Sequence record: SRR31156797_15625
Strand: one strand, 5' to 3'
Length of the DNA stretch: 39,068 bases
The notes beneath the pieces were generated by a model, which worked only from the letters and a program-made list of their open reading frames with translations, did no database searches and was not told the origin of the DNA. Shown here one piece after another: positions 19,000 to 29,925 of the stretch (within the stretch, counting starts at the first letter, position 1; the number at the start of each line of letters is the position of its first letter). A program made the position numbers and the translations under genes.

Positions 19000-19251
19000 A
19001 TGAGTCATTCAATTTATATCAAACTAGCAACAGTATTAGTTCGTGCCGATCTACGCAGAGAAGAAAGAGAGTGGAAGCGAAAAGTTCGTCGTAGCAGCTA
19101 CGACTTGCCTTGGCATAATGTTCACCTTCTGAAAGATATTGGCTTACAAGCTGATGGTCGCCCAATTGGCGCGAGTGTTCCAAATACTGTCAAAGCTGAA
19201 CGTCAAGTGCGTCATATTCGTCGTGTTTTAAGGTTGAGAATACCGACGTGA
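19000..19251 (+). CDS. DUF1127-family small protein
   Basis: 83 aa, Arg-rich, with HLLKDIGL motif; GGAG SD. Confidence 0.8.
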   Translation: MSHSIYIKLATVLVRADLRREEREWKRKVRRSSYDLPWHNVHLLKDIGLQADGRPIGASVPNTVKAERQVRHIRRVLRLRIPT

Positions 19252-19254
19252 CAG

Positions 19255-19287
19255 AAAGGCCTGTTAACATGACGCTGACAGGCCTTT
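19255..19287. terminator. Bidirectional terminator between the DUF1127 gene and tas
   Basis: AAAGGCCTGTTA...TGACAGGCCTTT between convergent stops. Confidence 0.75.
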
Positions 19288-19297
19288 ATAAACGTAA

Positions 19298-20332
19298 TTA
19301 AGGACAAGGGTTGGAGTAGGTAGTCCCAATCTCTTGAATTTTCGTTAAGAGTTCGTCACTTAACTCAACATCTAAACTATCAATATTTGATTTCAACTGT
19401 TCCAAGTTTGTCGCTCCGAGAATCGTCGAAGCGACAAATGGACGTTGATTGACAAAGGCCAAAGCCATCTGAGCTGGGTCTAGACCAAACTCATGGGCTA
19501 AGTTGACATAAGCTTCTGTGGCTTTTAGTCCCTGAGGAGTGAAGTAGCGTTGGAAACGTTCAAACAAACTACAACGAGCACCTTCTGGGCGTGCCCCTCC
19601 CAAATATTTTCCACTCAAAGCACCAAAGGCTAACGGCGAGTATGCAAGTAGTTTGACGCCTTCGTGATGGCTGATTTCGGATAACCCAACTTCGAAGCTG
19701 CGGTTAAGTAAGCTGTATGGGTTTTGAATCGTAACCATACGAGGCAAATCGTGCTTTTCTGCTAGACGCAGGTAAGTCATTAAGCCCCATGATGTTTCAT
19801 TCGAGACACCGATATAACGGACTTTGCCCATTCTAACCAGATCGTTAAGGGCTTCTAATGTTTCAATCAGAGTCACTTCTTCTTGAGCATCCGGATAAGG
19901 GTAGTTCAATTGACCAAACATGTTGGTCTGTCTTTGTGGCCAGTGCAGCTGGTATAAATCGAGATAATCGGTTTTTAGTCGGGATAGACTGTCATCAATA
20001 GCTTGATGAATATTACGATGGTCAAGGGCCATATTCTCTCGAATCGGCGTATTTCTGTTCGGGCCGGAAACTTTACTGGCGAGAATGATCTTCTCTCGCT
20101 TGCCTGATTTCTCAATCCAATTACCGATGAACTCTTCTGTTCTTCCCTGAGTTTCCATTGTCGCTGGCACTGGATACATTTCAGCCGTATCAATGAAGTT
20201 TATTCCGCGTTCTAATGCGTAGTCTAACTGGCTAAAAGCTTCTGCTTGGTTGTTCTGCTCGCCAAACGTCATTGTTCCTAAACACAGTTTGCTGACTTCT
20301 AAAGTTGAGTGAGGCAGTTTGTTGTATTGCAT
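19298..20332 (-). CDS. tas: NADP(H)-dependent aldo-keto reductase Tas
   Basis: LGTMTFGEQN, IDTAEMYPVP, DLYQLHWP, IQNPYSLLNR. Confidence 0.92.
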   Translation of the reverse strand: MQYNKLPHSTLEVSKLCLGTMTFGEQNNQAEAFSQLDYALERGINFIDTAEMYPVPATMETQGRTEEFIGNWIEKSGKREKIILASKVSGPNRNTPIRENMALDHRNIHQAIDDSLSRLKTDYLDLYQLHWPQRQTNMFGQLNYPYPDAQEEVTLIETLEALNDLVRMGKVRYIGVSNETSWGLMTYLRLAEKHDLPRMVTIQNPYSLLNRSFEVGLSEISHHEGVKLLAYSPLAFGALSGKYLGGARPEGARCSLFERFQRYFTPQGLKATEAYVNLAHEFGLDPAQMALAFVNQRPFVASTILGATNLEQLKSNIDSLDVELSDELLTKIQEIGTTYSNPCP

Positions 20333-20494
20333 AGCACTTCCTTGTCTTACTCGAAATTACGCTGCTTACTCATTTGAGGCTTGATATCACTCTGAATTTA
20401 AAACAGCTTTTTATAAGGTAATTTTCACTATAAGCGAAGATTAGGGGAAAACGGAAATGAAATTTGTTTTTAAGGGACTGGGTTCATTTGAAGC

Positions 20495-20527
20495 AAAGCT
20501 GCTGTCGTACTCTGATCAGCAGCTTTT
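20495..20527 (-). terminator. Hairpin/terminator after mutH
   Basis: AAAGCTGCTG...CAGCAGCTTT about 10 nt past the mutH stop. Confidence 0.65.
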
Positions 20528-20537
20528 AAATATTGGG

Positions 20538-21203
20538 TTAAGCGTAGTAGTTTTGCAAAATATTGGCTGTAAACTGAGTTCTCAGATAGAAACCTCGGGG
20601 TAAAGTACGTATCGGTTTTCCATTTGATCCGTATGCCTCCGTTAATACTCGTCCATTTGCTGCTTTGGGCCTGAGTTGCAGTACTTCACCATGCTTGGCT
20701 GTAATTTGCGAAACATTACCCAAAACGATGAACTCCATCAGTTCCTCCCAATCCGCCTTTAGCTGATTTTCCTCTTCAATAGAAGGACTCCAAATCAGCG
20801 GTGAGCCAACTCGGCGTTCTGCTAAGGGAATTTCACGTTCACCTTCTACCGGAACCCAAAGTACACGTGACAGTTTGTTTCTTACATGGCTGTTTTCCCA
20901 CGTTAAACCGTGGACACCTGTCAATGGGGCGACACAGACAAAGGTTGTCTCTAGTGGCTTACCAGTATAGCTGATAGGGATGCTTTTCAGTTCAATCCCC
21001 AACTGTTCGAAATCTTGTTGTGGTTTACTGCCAGCTGTTGCGCCTAAATGCCATTCTAGTAATTGACCCACCCAACCTTTGTCTCTTTTAAGATCGGGAG
21101 GGACTGTCATATTTGCTTCTTGAGCAAGCTGCTGATAGCTTATTCCGGCGATTTGCCGCGCTCTTTCAAGCAGTTCCTGTTCACTCTTTGGTTCTGGCTT
21201 CAT
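20538..21203 (-). CDS. mutH: Mismatch repair endonuclease MutH
   Basis: [37 protein letters not shown]. Confidence 0.96.
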   Translation of the reverse strand: MKPEPKSEQELLERARQIAGISYQQLAQEANMTVPPDLKRDKGWVGQLLEWHLGATAGSKPQQDFEQLGIELKSIPISYTGKPLETTFVCVAPLTGVHGLTWENSHVRNKLSRVLWVPVEGEREIPLAERRVGSPLIWSPSIEEENQLKADWEELMEFIVLGNVSQITAKHGEVLQLRPKAANGRVLTEAYGSNGKPIRTLPRGFYLRTQFTANILQNYYA

Positions 21204-21296
21204 AACATCGTAGGTGAGTGCAAAACCGCGATTGTAGCAAATTCAGACGAACAATGGATCTTGCTTCAAGTTTCATCAAACTTGTCTTTATTGGAG

Positions 21297-21776
21297 TTAT
21301 CCACAAAAAATACAGTTAAATAGTTAAAATAAACGACCCATGTATGGATAAACAGGCCTTTGATTAGTCTATTATCGATTTGTTGATGTTTTTTTAATCG
21401 TTATTTTTTTACTTGTGTGGATAACAAGGTTATTGATGGATCTTTGAGCGTTTTAAGTGATCACTGATTTTAATCCATCTCTTTGTTGTTTTATGTAATG
21501 ATTTGTTAGTTTAACTTTCTGATTTTTATTGCTATTTTATAGGTTCGCTTTTTTGGGGAAAGAGCGTGTTTTAATTTGGATATTTGAGTTTTTTCACCGT
21601 TTAAAGGCTTCTTCACATGGTTATTCACAGAAAACGTGAATAAATGTGGGCTAGCTCCCACTCTTGTGTTGATAACTTATTTGTTGGTTAAAAAAGACTC
21701 TACCTTGGAGTTATCAACAATAAATATCGTGTGAATCACATTAGTAAGTTTGCTCATATTGGGGATATGTGGAAAA
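21297..21776. promoter_or_regulatory. DnaA-box cluster, DARS2-like element
   Basis: TTATCCACA 21297, TGTGGATAA 21416, TTCTTCACA 21609, TTATTCACA 21621, CGTGAATAA 21635, TGTGGAAAA 21768, plus near-matches at 21343, 21667 and 21711; mutH-rppH interval as for E. coli DARS2. Confidence 0.75.
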
Positions 21777-21812
21777 ATCAGAACAATTAAAGATTTTATT
21801 AGAGGTTTGCCA

Positions 21813-22331
21813 GTGATAGATGGCGATGGTTACCGACTCAATGTAGGTATTGTGATTTGTAACAACCATGGTCAGGCATTCTGGGCGAAACGATACGGAC
21901 AACATTCATGGCAGTTCCCTCAAGGGGGAATTGATGAAGGTGAAACCCCTGAACAAGCAATGTACAGGGAGCTTTACGAAGAGGTTGGGTTAACAAAACA
22001 GGATGTGAAAATCATTGCAACAAGTCGTCATTGGTTAAGATACAAACTACCAAAACGCTTAGTTCGATGGGATTCTCAACCTGTCTGTATTGGACAGAAA
22101 CAGAAATGGTTCTTGCTGCGTTTGGAAAGTGATGAGTCTAAGATCAACATGCAACGTGGCAGTTCCCCTGAGTTTGATGGTTGGCGCTGGGTAAGTTATT
22201 GGTATCCAGTGAGACAAGTGGTGTCTTTTAAGCGTGACGTTTACCGTCGGGCAATGAAGGAGTTTGCGTCTATAGCTATGCCGTTTAAAGAACGCAAAGT
22301 GAAGGGTAAACGTAAGAATCGAAGAGGATAG
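21813..22331 (+). CDS. rppH: RNA pyrophosphohydrolase RppH
   Basis: GTG start after GAGG gives [13 protein letters not shown]; Nudix box [22 protein letters not shown]. Confidence 0.96.
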   Translation: MIDGDGYRLNVGIVICNNHGQAFWAKRYGQHSWQFPQGGIDEGETPEQAMYRELYEEVGLTKQDVKIIATSRHWLRYKLPKRLVRWDSQPVCIGQKQKWFLLRLESDESKINMQRGSSPEFDGWRWVSYWYPVRQVVSFKRDVYRRAMKEFASIAMPFKERKVKGKRKNRRG

Positions 22332-22333
22332 AC

Positions 22334-24580
22334 ATGCTTTCTCAGCTAAGGGAGATAGTTGAACAGGTTTCAAAGGTGGAAAACGTTAACCAAGCGTTGG
22401 ATATCTTTGTAAAGCAAACGTGCAGCGCTATGGCAACAGAGTGTTGTACTGTCTATCTCGCTAATGAGGAAATGCAGCGTTTAGAACTCATGGCAACCCA
22501 GGGCCTCAAATTTAAAGGCGATAAGATCCATATCGGTTTTGAAGAGGGCTTGGTGGGGCTAGTTAAACGTTCAGCAGAACCCATTAACTTAGCCGAAGCA
22601 TCTAAGCATCCTAATTTCAAATATTTTAAACAACTGGGGGAAGAGGTTTACCACTCTTTCCTTGGCACTCCTATTATCTATCGTAAGCAAGTGCTTGGTG
22701 TTTTGGTCGTTCAGCAAAAGTCTCCTCGTTCTTTCAGTGAAATGGAGATTTCTTTTTTAGTCACGCTTGCGGCTCAGCTTGCTGTGATCATTGCGCATGC
22801 ACAAACTCAAGGGCAGTGGCTGTTATCCAAAAAACAGCAGGCAATCAGCGGTGTTGCTGCTTCATCGGGTGTCGCGATTGGTCAGTTTTGGTGGGATGAT
22901 ACTCAACCTCAGCTGTCGGAAGTGTATCCAGCATCTACATTAGATATTGATAGAGAACAAGAATGGCTTGCTCTCGCCATTGAAAATGCATTGGCGGATT
23001 TTCGTCGCATGCGTAAAAAGCTTGATGGCGATATTAACAAAGAAGCATTAGCGATTTTTGATCTGTTTACTCACTTGTTGAATGACCCGATGCTGCGCAA
23101 AGATTTGAAAGCGCAAATTCAGAAAGGTGATCGCGCCGACTGGGCGTTAAGACAGGTGGTTGAAAGTTATTCCAACCGTTTTGCTCGTATGTCAGATGTT
23201 TATTTGCGTGAGCGAGCACAAGATATCAGAGAGCTAGGTCAACGCTTACTGTTCTTTTTACATAATTCTGAAAACGAGCAGCAACAACTTGATAAGCCAA
23301 TCATACTCGTTGTCCGAGAGCTTACAGCCACGATTCTGGCTGCTCTTCCTAAAGATAAGCTACTTGCGGTTGTTTCTCTTGAAGGGGCTGCGAATTCTCA
23401 TGCTGCTATTCTATCTCGTGCGCTAGGTATCCCTGCTGTAATGGGAGTATCGGTTAACTTTAAAGATATCAATGGTAAGCAAGGTATCGTTGATGGCTAT
23501 AGTGGAAAACTGTTCGTTTCTCCAGCGAAGTCGATACTCGCTGAATATAAAGCGCTAGCGAATGAAGAAACAGAACTGTCTGAAATGGTTAACCAAGCCG
23601 TAGGTAAACCGGCGGTGACTCAAGATGGTAAGCGTATTGAACTGTTACTCAACTCTGGATTAAGTGCTGACAGCAACATCGCGATCAATCAAGGGGTCGA
23701 CGGAGTAGGCTTGTATCGCACGGAGTTTTCTTTTTTGTTGCAACACCGCTTTCCGTCTGAAGAGGAACAAATTCAGCAGTATCGCGGTGTGCTAAATGCG
23801 TATCCAGATAAACGAGTGGTGATGCGAACGCTGGATATTGGTGGAGATAAGCCGCTACCCTATTTACCGATAGAAGAAGACAATCCATTCCTCGGATGGC
23901 GAGGTATTCGTTTTACTCTTGATCATCCCGATATTTTTCTGATTCAGCTTCGAGCAATGATGAGGGCTAGTAGTGATCATCAGAATTTAAGCATCCTTTT
24001 ACCTATGCTTTCTGGTGCGAAAGAATTAGATGACGCCTTAAGTCTGATCCATCAAGCCTACCAAGAAGCGATTAAGCTAGATAATCGTATAGTGATGCCG
24101 CCGATCGGTATCATGATAGAAGTCCCTTCAATGCTTTACTTGTTACCATTAATTGCAAACAAAATTGATTTTGTTTCGGTTGGTACCAACGATTTAACCC
24201 AATATTTATTAGCCGTCGACCGGAATAATTCACGAGTTGCTGATGTCTATGAATCGATGCACCCTTCGGTTGTGATGGCTCTTAAACAGATACATCAAAC
24301 CTGTACTCAGTTTGATATACCGGTTTGTGTATGTGGTGAATTAGCAGGCGATCCTATTGGTGCACTATTGCTGTTAGGTTTAGGCTATGACACGTTAAGC
24401 ATGAACACGTCGAACGTGGCTAAGGTTAAGTATCTGGTTAGACACTCAAAAATGTCCGAATTAAAAGAACTTGCTGACAAAGCTCTGATGCAGCCCTATG
24501 GCAAAGATATTTATAATATGGTGCTAAATTATATTGAACATCAAGGTTTTGCAGGCTTTGTGCGCGCTGGTAAGAAATAG
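22334..24580 (+). CDS. ptsP: Nitrogen-related PTS enzyme I (GAF-EI)
   Basis: N-terminal GAF, SHAAILSR phospho-His, GLYRTEF, RTLDIGGDK, SVGTNDL. Confidence 0.96.
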   Translation: MLSQLREIVEQVSKVENVNQALDIFVKQTCSAMATECCTVYLANEEMQRLELMATQGLKFKGDKIHIGFEEGLVGLVKRSAEPINLAEASKHPNFKYFKQLGEEVYHSFLGTPIIYRKQVLGVLVVQQKSPRSFSEMEISFLVTLAAQLAVIIAHAQTQGQWLLSKKQQAISGVAASSGVAIGQFWWDDTQPQLSEVYPASTLDIDREQEWLALAIENALADFRRMRKKLDGDINKEALAIFDLFTHLLNDPMLRKDLKAQIQKGDRADWALRQVVESYSNRFARMSDVYLRERAQDIRELGQRLLFFLHNSENEQQQLDKPIILVVRELTATILAALPKDKLLAVVSLEGAANSHAAILSRALGIPAVMGVSVNFKDINGKQGIVDGYSGKLFVSPAKSILAEYKALANEETELSEMVNQAVGKPAVTQDGKRIELLLNSGLSADSNIAINQGVDGVGLYRTEFSFLLQHRFPSEEEQIQQYRGVLNAYPDKRVVMRTLDIGGDKPLPYLPIEEDNPFLGWRGIRFTLDHPDIFLIQLRAMMRASSDHQNLSILLPMLSGAKELDDALSLIHQAYQEAIKLDNRIVMPPIGIMIEVPSMLYLLPLIANKIDFVSVGTNDLTQYLLAVDRNNSRVADVYESMHPSVVMALKQIHQTCTQFDIPVCVCGELAGDPIGALLLLGLGYDTLSMNTSNVAKVKYLVRHSKMSELKELADKALMQPYGKDIYNMVLNYIEHQGFAGFVRAGKK

Positions 24581-24589
24581 GACAACAAA

Positions 24590-25384
24590 GTGAATTTAGA
24601 ATTACTGGCTCTATTGTTGTTGCTAGGGTCGGCTGTTGGCGTACTTGCCGGTTTGTTAGGTATTGGTGGCGGCTTAGTGGTTGTTCCTGCGCTGGTTTTT
24701 CTTCTCCCTTATGCGGGAATCTCTTCCGAAATATTGATGCATATGGCTCTGGCGACGTCGCTAGCAACCATCATTATGACTTCATTTTCTTCTGCGTTAA
24801 GCCATCTTAGGCTGGGTAACGTGGACATGTTTGCAGTGAAATGGTTGATGCCTGGTGTGTTAGTCGGAGGGTACTTTGGTGCTACCGTCGCAGATTGGAT
24901 CCCTCACCAGTATTTACCGAAAGTGTTCAGCATCATTGTTATGATGTTGGCTTTGCAAATGTTTCGTTCAATTCGTACCGTATCAGATCATCCAATGCCT
25001 AATCCGTTGGTGACGATTTTGTGTGGTGGCGCAATCGGTATTGTGTCTAGCTTGGTTGGTGTCGGTGGTGGATCATTGTCAGTCCCATTCTTGAATCGCC
25101 ATGGCGTCGAGATGAGAAAAGCGGTCGGATCATCCGCTGTTTGTGGCTTTGTTATAGCGATCTCGGGTATGCTTGGCTTTGTGGTTAGTGGTTATCAAGT
25201 GGTTGATTTACCGCAGTATAGTTGGGGGTATGTTTATCTCCCCGCTTTGTTTGCTATCGCGGCAACATCTATGTTGACAACAAGGATTGGCGCTAAGCTA
25301 TCTATTCAATTACCGACAGCGACATTGAAACGAATATTTGCTGTTTTTCTTATGTTTGTTGCTGTAACTATGTTGCTGCAATAG
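24590..25384 (+). CDS. TauE/SafE (TSUP) family membrane protein
   Basis: Repeated GLLGIGGG / SLVGVGGG motifs; polytopic hydrophobic protein. Confidence 0.88.
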   Translation: MNLELLALLLLLGSAVGVLAGLLGIGGGLVVVPALVFLLPYAGISSEILMHMALATSLATIIMTSFSSALSHLRLGNVDMFAVKWLMPGVLVGGYFGATVADWIPHQYLPKVFSIIVMMLALQMFRSIRTVSDHPMPNPLVTILCGGAIGIVSSLVGVGGGSLSVPFLNRHGVEMRKAVGSSAVCGFVIAISGMLGFVVSGYQVVDLPQYSWGYVYLPALFAIAATSMLTTRIGAKLSIQLPTATLKRIFAVFLMFVAVTMLLQ

Positions 25385-25419
25385 CTTCCTTTAAATTTTA
25401 GTAGAAGAGAACGTAATTT

Positions 25420-26238
25420 ATGTCTCAGGGCTATCTTCAGTTTCCCAATATAGACCCAGTATTGATTGCCATTGGTCCTATCTCTATCCGTTGGTATGGG
25501 ATGATGTATCTGGTGGGCTTTCTGTTCGCGATGTGGTTGGCGAATCGTAGAGCGGATAAATCCGATGGAGTATGGAACCGTGAACAGGTTTCGGACCTAT
25601 TGTTCGCCGGTTTTTTAGGTGTCGTCATTGGTGGGCGTGTTGGTTATGTGCTCTTCTACAACTTCGATATGTTCCTCGCTGACCCACTGTACTTATTTAA
25701 AGTGTGGACTGGCGGAATGTCTTTCCACGGCGGGTTGCTGGGTGTCATTACCGCGATGTTCTGGTATGCAAAAAAGAATGGGCGTACCTTTTTCGGTGTT
25801 GCCGATTTTGTGGCACCGCTAGTACCATTTGGACTCGGTATGGGGCGCTTCGGTAACTTTATGAATAGTGAGCTATGGGGCCGTGTCACCGATGTGCCAT
25901 GGGCGTTTGTGTTTCCAAATGGCGGACCATTACCTCGCCACCCGTCGCAGCTTTATGAGATGGCGCTTGAAGGGGTTGTTCTGTTCTTTATCCTCAACTG
26001 GTACATCAAGAAACCTCGTCCATTAGGAGCGGTATCAGGGCTATTCTTGGCTGGTTATGGTACATTCCGCTTCCTCGTTGAATATGTTCGTGAACCTGAT
26101 GCTCAGTTAGGGCTGTTATTAGGCGGATACATTTCTATGGGACAAATACTGTCATCACCAATGATTATTATCGGTGTTCTCATGATGGTTTGGGCATACA
26201 AACGTGGTTTATACAAAGACAGCGTAGTAACAAAGTAA
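25420..26238 (+). CDS. lgt: Prolipoprotein diacylglyceryl transferase
   Basis: [35 protein letters not shown]. Confidence 0.97.
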   Translation: MSQGYLQFPNIDPVLIAIGPISIRWYGMMYLVGFLFAMWLANRRADKSDGVWNREQVSDLLFAGFLGVVIGGRVGYVLFYNFDMFLADPLYLFKVWTGGMSFHGGLLGVITAMFWYAKKNGRTFFGVADFVAPLVPFGLGMGRFGNFMNSELWGRVTDVPWAFVFPNGGPLPRHPSQLYEMALEGVVLFFILNWYIKKPRPLGAVSGLFLAGYGTFRFLVEYVREPDAQLGLLLGGYISMGQILSSPMIIIGVLMMVWAYKRGLYKDSVVTK

Positions 26239-26248
26239 GGGTAATTAA

Positions 26249-27100
26249 GTGAAACAGTATTTAGATCTTTGCCAAAGAATTGTTGATGATGGCGTATGGA
26301 TTGAAAATGAACGGACCGGAAAGCGCTGCTTAACGGTTATCAACGCTGATTTAACTTACGATGTTGCTAGCAACCAATTTCCTTTGGTGACAACTCGTAA
26401 GAGTTTTTGGAAAGCTGCTGTAGCAGAATTGCTGGGCTATATCCGAGGTTATGACAACGCAGAAGACTTTCGTAAGTTGGGCACCAAAACATGGGATGCC
26501 AACGCGAACCTAAACGAAGCCTGGCTAAGTAATCCTTTCCGTAAAGGAGAGGATGATATGGGCCGAGTGTATGGTGTTCAAGGTCGTTCTTGGGCTAAGC
26601 CAGATGGCGGCCATATCGATCAACTTAAGAAGATTGTTGATGACCTCACTCGCGGTGTCGATGATCGTGGTGAAATCCTTAATTTCTATAACCCGGGTGA
26701 GTTCCATATGGGCTGCTTACGCCCATGCATGTATAGCCATCACTTCTCTTTGCTTGGCGATACTCTGTATCTGAACAGCACCCAGCGCTCTTGTGATGTC
26801 CCGTTAGGGCTGAACTTTAATATGGTTCAGGTTTATGCGTTCTTAGCCATCATGGCGCAAATTACCGGCAAGAAACCAGGACAGGCTTTCCATAAAATCG
26901 TTAATGCTCATATTTATGAAGATCAACTTGAATTGATGCGTGATGTGCAGCTTAAACGTGAACCGCTATCTGCACCAAAATTCACGATTAACCCAGATAT
27001 TAAGTCGTTAGAAGACTTGGAAACGTGGGTGACACTGGATGATTTTGAAGTAACGGGATATGAGTTCCACGAGCCTATTCAGTATCCATTCTCGGTATAG
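26249..27100 (+). CDS. thyA: Thymidylate synthase
   Basis: [34 protein letters not shown]. Confidence 0.97.
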   Translation: MKQYLDLCQRIVDDGVWIENERTGKRCLTVINADLTYDVASNQFPLVTTRKSFWKAAVAELLGYIRGYDNAEDFRKLGTKTWDANANLNEAWLSNPFRKGEDDMGRVYGVQGRSWAKPDGGHIDQLKKIVDDLTRGVDDRGEILNFYNPGEFHMGCLRPCMYSHHFSLLGDTLYLNSTQRSCDVPLGLNFNMVQVYAFLAIMAQITGKKPGQAFHKIVNAHIYEDQLELMRDVQLKREPLSAPKFTINPDIKSLEDLETWVTLDDFEVTGYEFHEPIQYPFSV

Positions 27101-27161
27101 AAGTATGGAAAGCTTGCGATGAGATTGATCTTTTCGGAGCAATGAAAATTGGAAATAAACG

Positions 27162-27195
27162 AAAAGGACCAAGCAAAATGCTTGGTCCTTTTTTT
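27162..27195 (+). terminator. thyA operon terminator
   Basis: AAAAGGACCAAGCA-AAA-TGCTTGGTCCTTTTTTT. Confidence 0.88.
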
Positions 27196-27237
27196 GATCC
27201 ATATCGGTGAGTAAATAGATTCATGTTCTATAGGCAT

Positions 27238-27269
27238 AAAAAATCCCTGCTAACCTTGTCAGCAGGGAT
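27238..27269 (-). terminator. bamD terminator
   Basis: ATCCCTGCT...AGCAGGGAT followed by a T run on the minus strand. Confidence 0.8.
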
Positions 27270-27286
27270 ACAAATAACGTTAACTG

Positions 27287-28012
27287 TTACTGAGGGTTTA
27301 GCTCAATTACCTTTTGTGTACGAGCGATGGACTCTTCCAAACCGAGCTGTTGATATGCCTCAAGCTGAATCTCTAGAGACTTTCTTGCGGCTTCCGTATC
27401 TGGATAGGTCTTTTGCAGTTCCTGACAACGTTTAATCGCAGCGATCCAAGCTTCACGACGTAAGTAGAAATCTGCAGTTGCTAAGTCATAGTCTGCCAAG
27501 CGGTTTTTCAGTGCGAACATACGTTTCTGTGAATCTTCCGCATATGGGCTATTCGGGTAGCGTTGCAGAAGAGTTTTGAAATCACTGAATGCGGATTTTA
27601 CTGGTTCAGGATCACGGTCACTACGGTCAATATTGAATAGATCGTGCATAAAGTTACGGTCTTGAGCCATATGGGTCAAACCGCGCATGTACAGTACCCA
27701 GTCCATTTTTTCGTGAGTTGGGTTTAAACGACGGAAACGCTCAATGGTAGCTAAGCCAAGTGCTAAATCGTCGTTTTTGTAATAGACGTAAATAAGATCA
27801 AGCTGAACCTGTTCTGAATACGCACCAAATGGGTAACGAGAATCCAAAGCTTCAAGCTTTTCGATTGCAGATAGCCAGTTACCGCTCTGTAGTGAAGATT
27901 GAGCGTCGGAATACAGCTCTGAAGGTGGCACGTCTGGGACGATATTGTCGTTGTTTGAACAGCCAAATAGCAGCGATAGCGCGAGTAAGCCTGATAAAGT
28001 TTGGTATTTCAT
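27287..28012 (-). CDS. bamD: Outer membrane protein assembly lipoprotein BamD
   Basis: ATG 28012 gives a lipobox signal (LLFGC); YPFGAYSEQVQLDL, DRSDRDP, TPR repeats; divergent from rluD. Confidence 0.95.
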   Translation of the reverse strand: MKYQTLSGLLALSLLFGCSNNDNIVPDVPPSELYSDAQSSLQSGNWLSAIEKLEALDSRYPFGAYSEQVQLDLIYVYYKNDDLALGLATIERFRRLNPTHEKMDWVLYMRGLTHMAQDRNFMHDLFNIDRSDRDPEPVKSAFSDFKTLLQRYPNSPYAEDSQKRMFALKNRLADYDLATADFYLRREAWIAAIKRCQELQKTYPDTEAARKSLEIQLEAYQQLGLEESIARTQKVIELNPQ

Positions 28013-28192
28013 GTCAGGAGTTGGTTCCTTGAAAATAGAGCTTCTATAACTTGTAGTATTGTGTTGAATCACAGTAACAAACTGTGCTCTTCAAATCGTT
28101 TGGTTACTTTCTCTTTCGTAACAGATACAATGGCGGACATTATTTTATCCATACTGTGGGTATTAGTCCCACAGTTTTAAAAAAAGTTCGAT

Positions 28193-29167
28193 ATGGCTCA
28201 GCAGATTGAATTAACTCAAACAGTAAAAGATAGCCAGCTTGGTCAACGTTTAGATCAAGCTGTTGCTGAATTATTCGCCGATTTTTCTCGTTCACGCCTG
28301 AAAGAGTGGTTACTTGACGGCAAAATAACAGTAGATGGGCAGGTTGTCACGAAACCACGCACGAAAGTGATGGGTGGAGAAGTGATTACCGTACAAGCAG
28401 AACTCGAAGATGAAGTTCGTTGGGAGCCGCAAGACATCCCTTTGAACATCGTTTTTGAAGATGATGACATTATCGTTATCAACAAACCACGTGACTTTGT
28501 TGTGCACCCGGGTGCGGGTACTCCGGATGGGACGGTATTGAATGCTTTGCTATTCCATTACCCACCAATTGCGGAAGTGCCACGTGCAGGTATAGTGCAC
28601 CGTCTGGATAAAGATACAACTGGCCTTATGGTTGTTGCTAAAAATGTTCCAGTACAAACACGTCTGGTTCGCGAACTGCAAAAACGTAACATTACCCGTG
28701 AGTATGAAGCGATCGCAATTGGTAAAATGACTGCTGGTGGCATGATTGATAAACCAATTGGCCGTCACTCTACTAAGCGTACGCTAATGGCTGTATCACC
28801 AATGGGTAAACCAGCGGTTACTCACTACCGTGTCGCTGAACATTTCCGCGAGCATACTCGTATTCGTCTGCGTCTGGAAACCGGTCGTACTCACCAGATC
28901 CGTGTTCACATGTCTTATCTGCAGCATCCTCTATTGGGGGATACAGCATACGGTGGTCGTGCACGTATTCCGAAAGGCGCAACGCAAGAGTTAACGGACA
29001 TGATTCGTAACTTTGATCGTCAGGCGCTCCATGCGGTAATGCTGAAATTCAAACACCCGGCAACAGGTGAAGAAGTTGAATTCCACGCTCCAGTGCCAGA
29101 CGATATGGTCGCGATGACAGAAGCGTTGCGTGAAGACGCACAACAGAATAAAACGGAAGAGTATTAA
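28193..29167 (+). CDS. rluD: 23S rRNA pseudouridine synthase RluD
   Basis: S4 domain; GIVHRLDKDTTGL, LETGRTHQIRVH, RQALHA. Confidence 0.97.
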   Translation: MAQQIELTQTVKDSQLGQRLDQAVAELFADFSRSRLKEWLLDGKITVDGQVVTKPRTKVMGGEVITVQAELEDEVRWEPQDIPLNIVFEDDDIIVINKPRDFVVHPGAGTPDGTVLNALLFHYPPIAEVPRAGIVHRLDKDTTGLMVVAKNVPVQTRLVRELQKRNITREYEAIAIGKMTAGGMIDKPIGRHSTKRTLMAVSPMGKPAVTHYRVAEHFREHTRIRLRLETGRTHQIRVHMSYLQHPLLGDTAYGGRARIPKGATQELTDMIRNFDRQALHAVMLKFKHPATGEEVEFHAPVPDDMVAMTEALREDAQQNKTEEY

Positions 29168-29898
29168 TGGATTGGATCACTCCTATCTGGAATGCACCGA
29201 AACAGGTTAAAGCGTTAGCTTCAACGCGTGTTGGTGGTTGTTCAGAAGTGCCTTATCAAGGCTTAAACCTTGGAATGCATGTTGGGGATGATCCAAAACG
29301 AGTTCAGCGTAATAGAGAGCTATTGCAGCAGCAGACTGGAATGCCTTCGGCTCCTGTTTGGCTTAATCAAACTCATTCTACTGTTGTCGCTCAAATCGAG
29401 AATCCTACTTCTGAAGTGCTTGATGCGGATGGTGTGATTACCTCTGCATCAAATGTTGTGTGTTCTGCAATGACGGCGGATTGCTTACCAGTATTAATTA
29501 CTAATACCCAAGGTTCGCAAGTGGCTGCTGTGCATGCTGGCTGGCGAGGGCTTGCTGGCGGCATTGTAGAAAACGCATTAGAGAAGTTTTCTAATGACGT
29601 CATGTTGTGGCTTGGTCCTGCGATTGGTCCACAAGTTTTTGAAGTTGGCGAAGATGTTCTACAGGCATTTTTAGATTATGACTCTAAAGCCGAAAAGGCA
29701 TTTGTTGCTACTGGTCAACAAGGTAAATGGTTGGCCAATATGGCTATGTTGACGCGTCTACGCATGGCTAAGCTCGGCATTGAGCAAGTTTTTGACAGTG
29801 GCTTATGCACTTATCAGGATACTGAACGTTTTTATTCGTACCGCCGTGATGGTGTGACAGGTCGACAAGCAACGTTCATCTGGATCGATGAAAATTAG
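29167..29898 (+). CDS. pgeF: Peptidoglycan editing factor/purine nucleoside phosphorylase PgeF (YfiH)
   Basis: NLGMHVGDD, LNQTHS, TADCLPV, HAGWRGL, FYSYRR. Confidence 0.95.
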   Translation: MDWITPIWNAPKQVKALASTRVGGCSEVPYQGLNLGMHVGDDPKRVQRNRELLQQQTGMPSAPVWLNQTHSTVVAQIENPTSEVLDADGVITSASNVVCSAMTADCLPVLITNTQGSQVAAVHAGWRGLAGGIVENALEKFSNDVMLWLGPAIGPQVFEVGEDVLQAFLDYDSKAEKAFVATGQQGKWLANMAMLTRLRMAKLGIEQVFDSGLCTYQDTERFYSYRRDGVTGRQATFIWIDEN

Positions 29899-29925
29899 CA
29901 TTTTCTAAAAACTTCACGTTCTCGC

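Noticed and set aside
21063-21323. 86-aa ORF overlapping the mutH start
   Set aside because: Antisense to mutH, TTG start, no family features
21203-21813. Replication origin at the DnaA-box cluster
   Set aside because: Few GATC sites, no 13-mer unwinding repeats, no gidA/mioC context; the position fits DARS2
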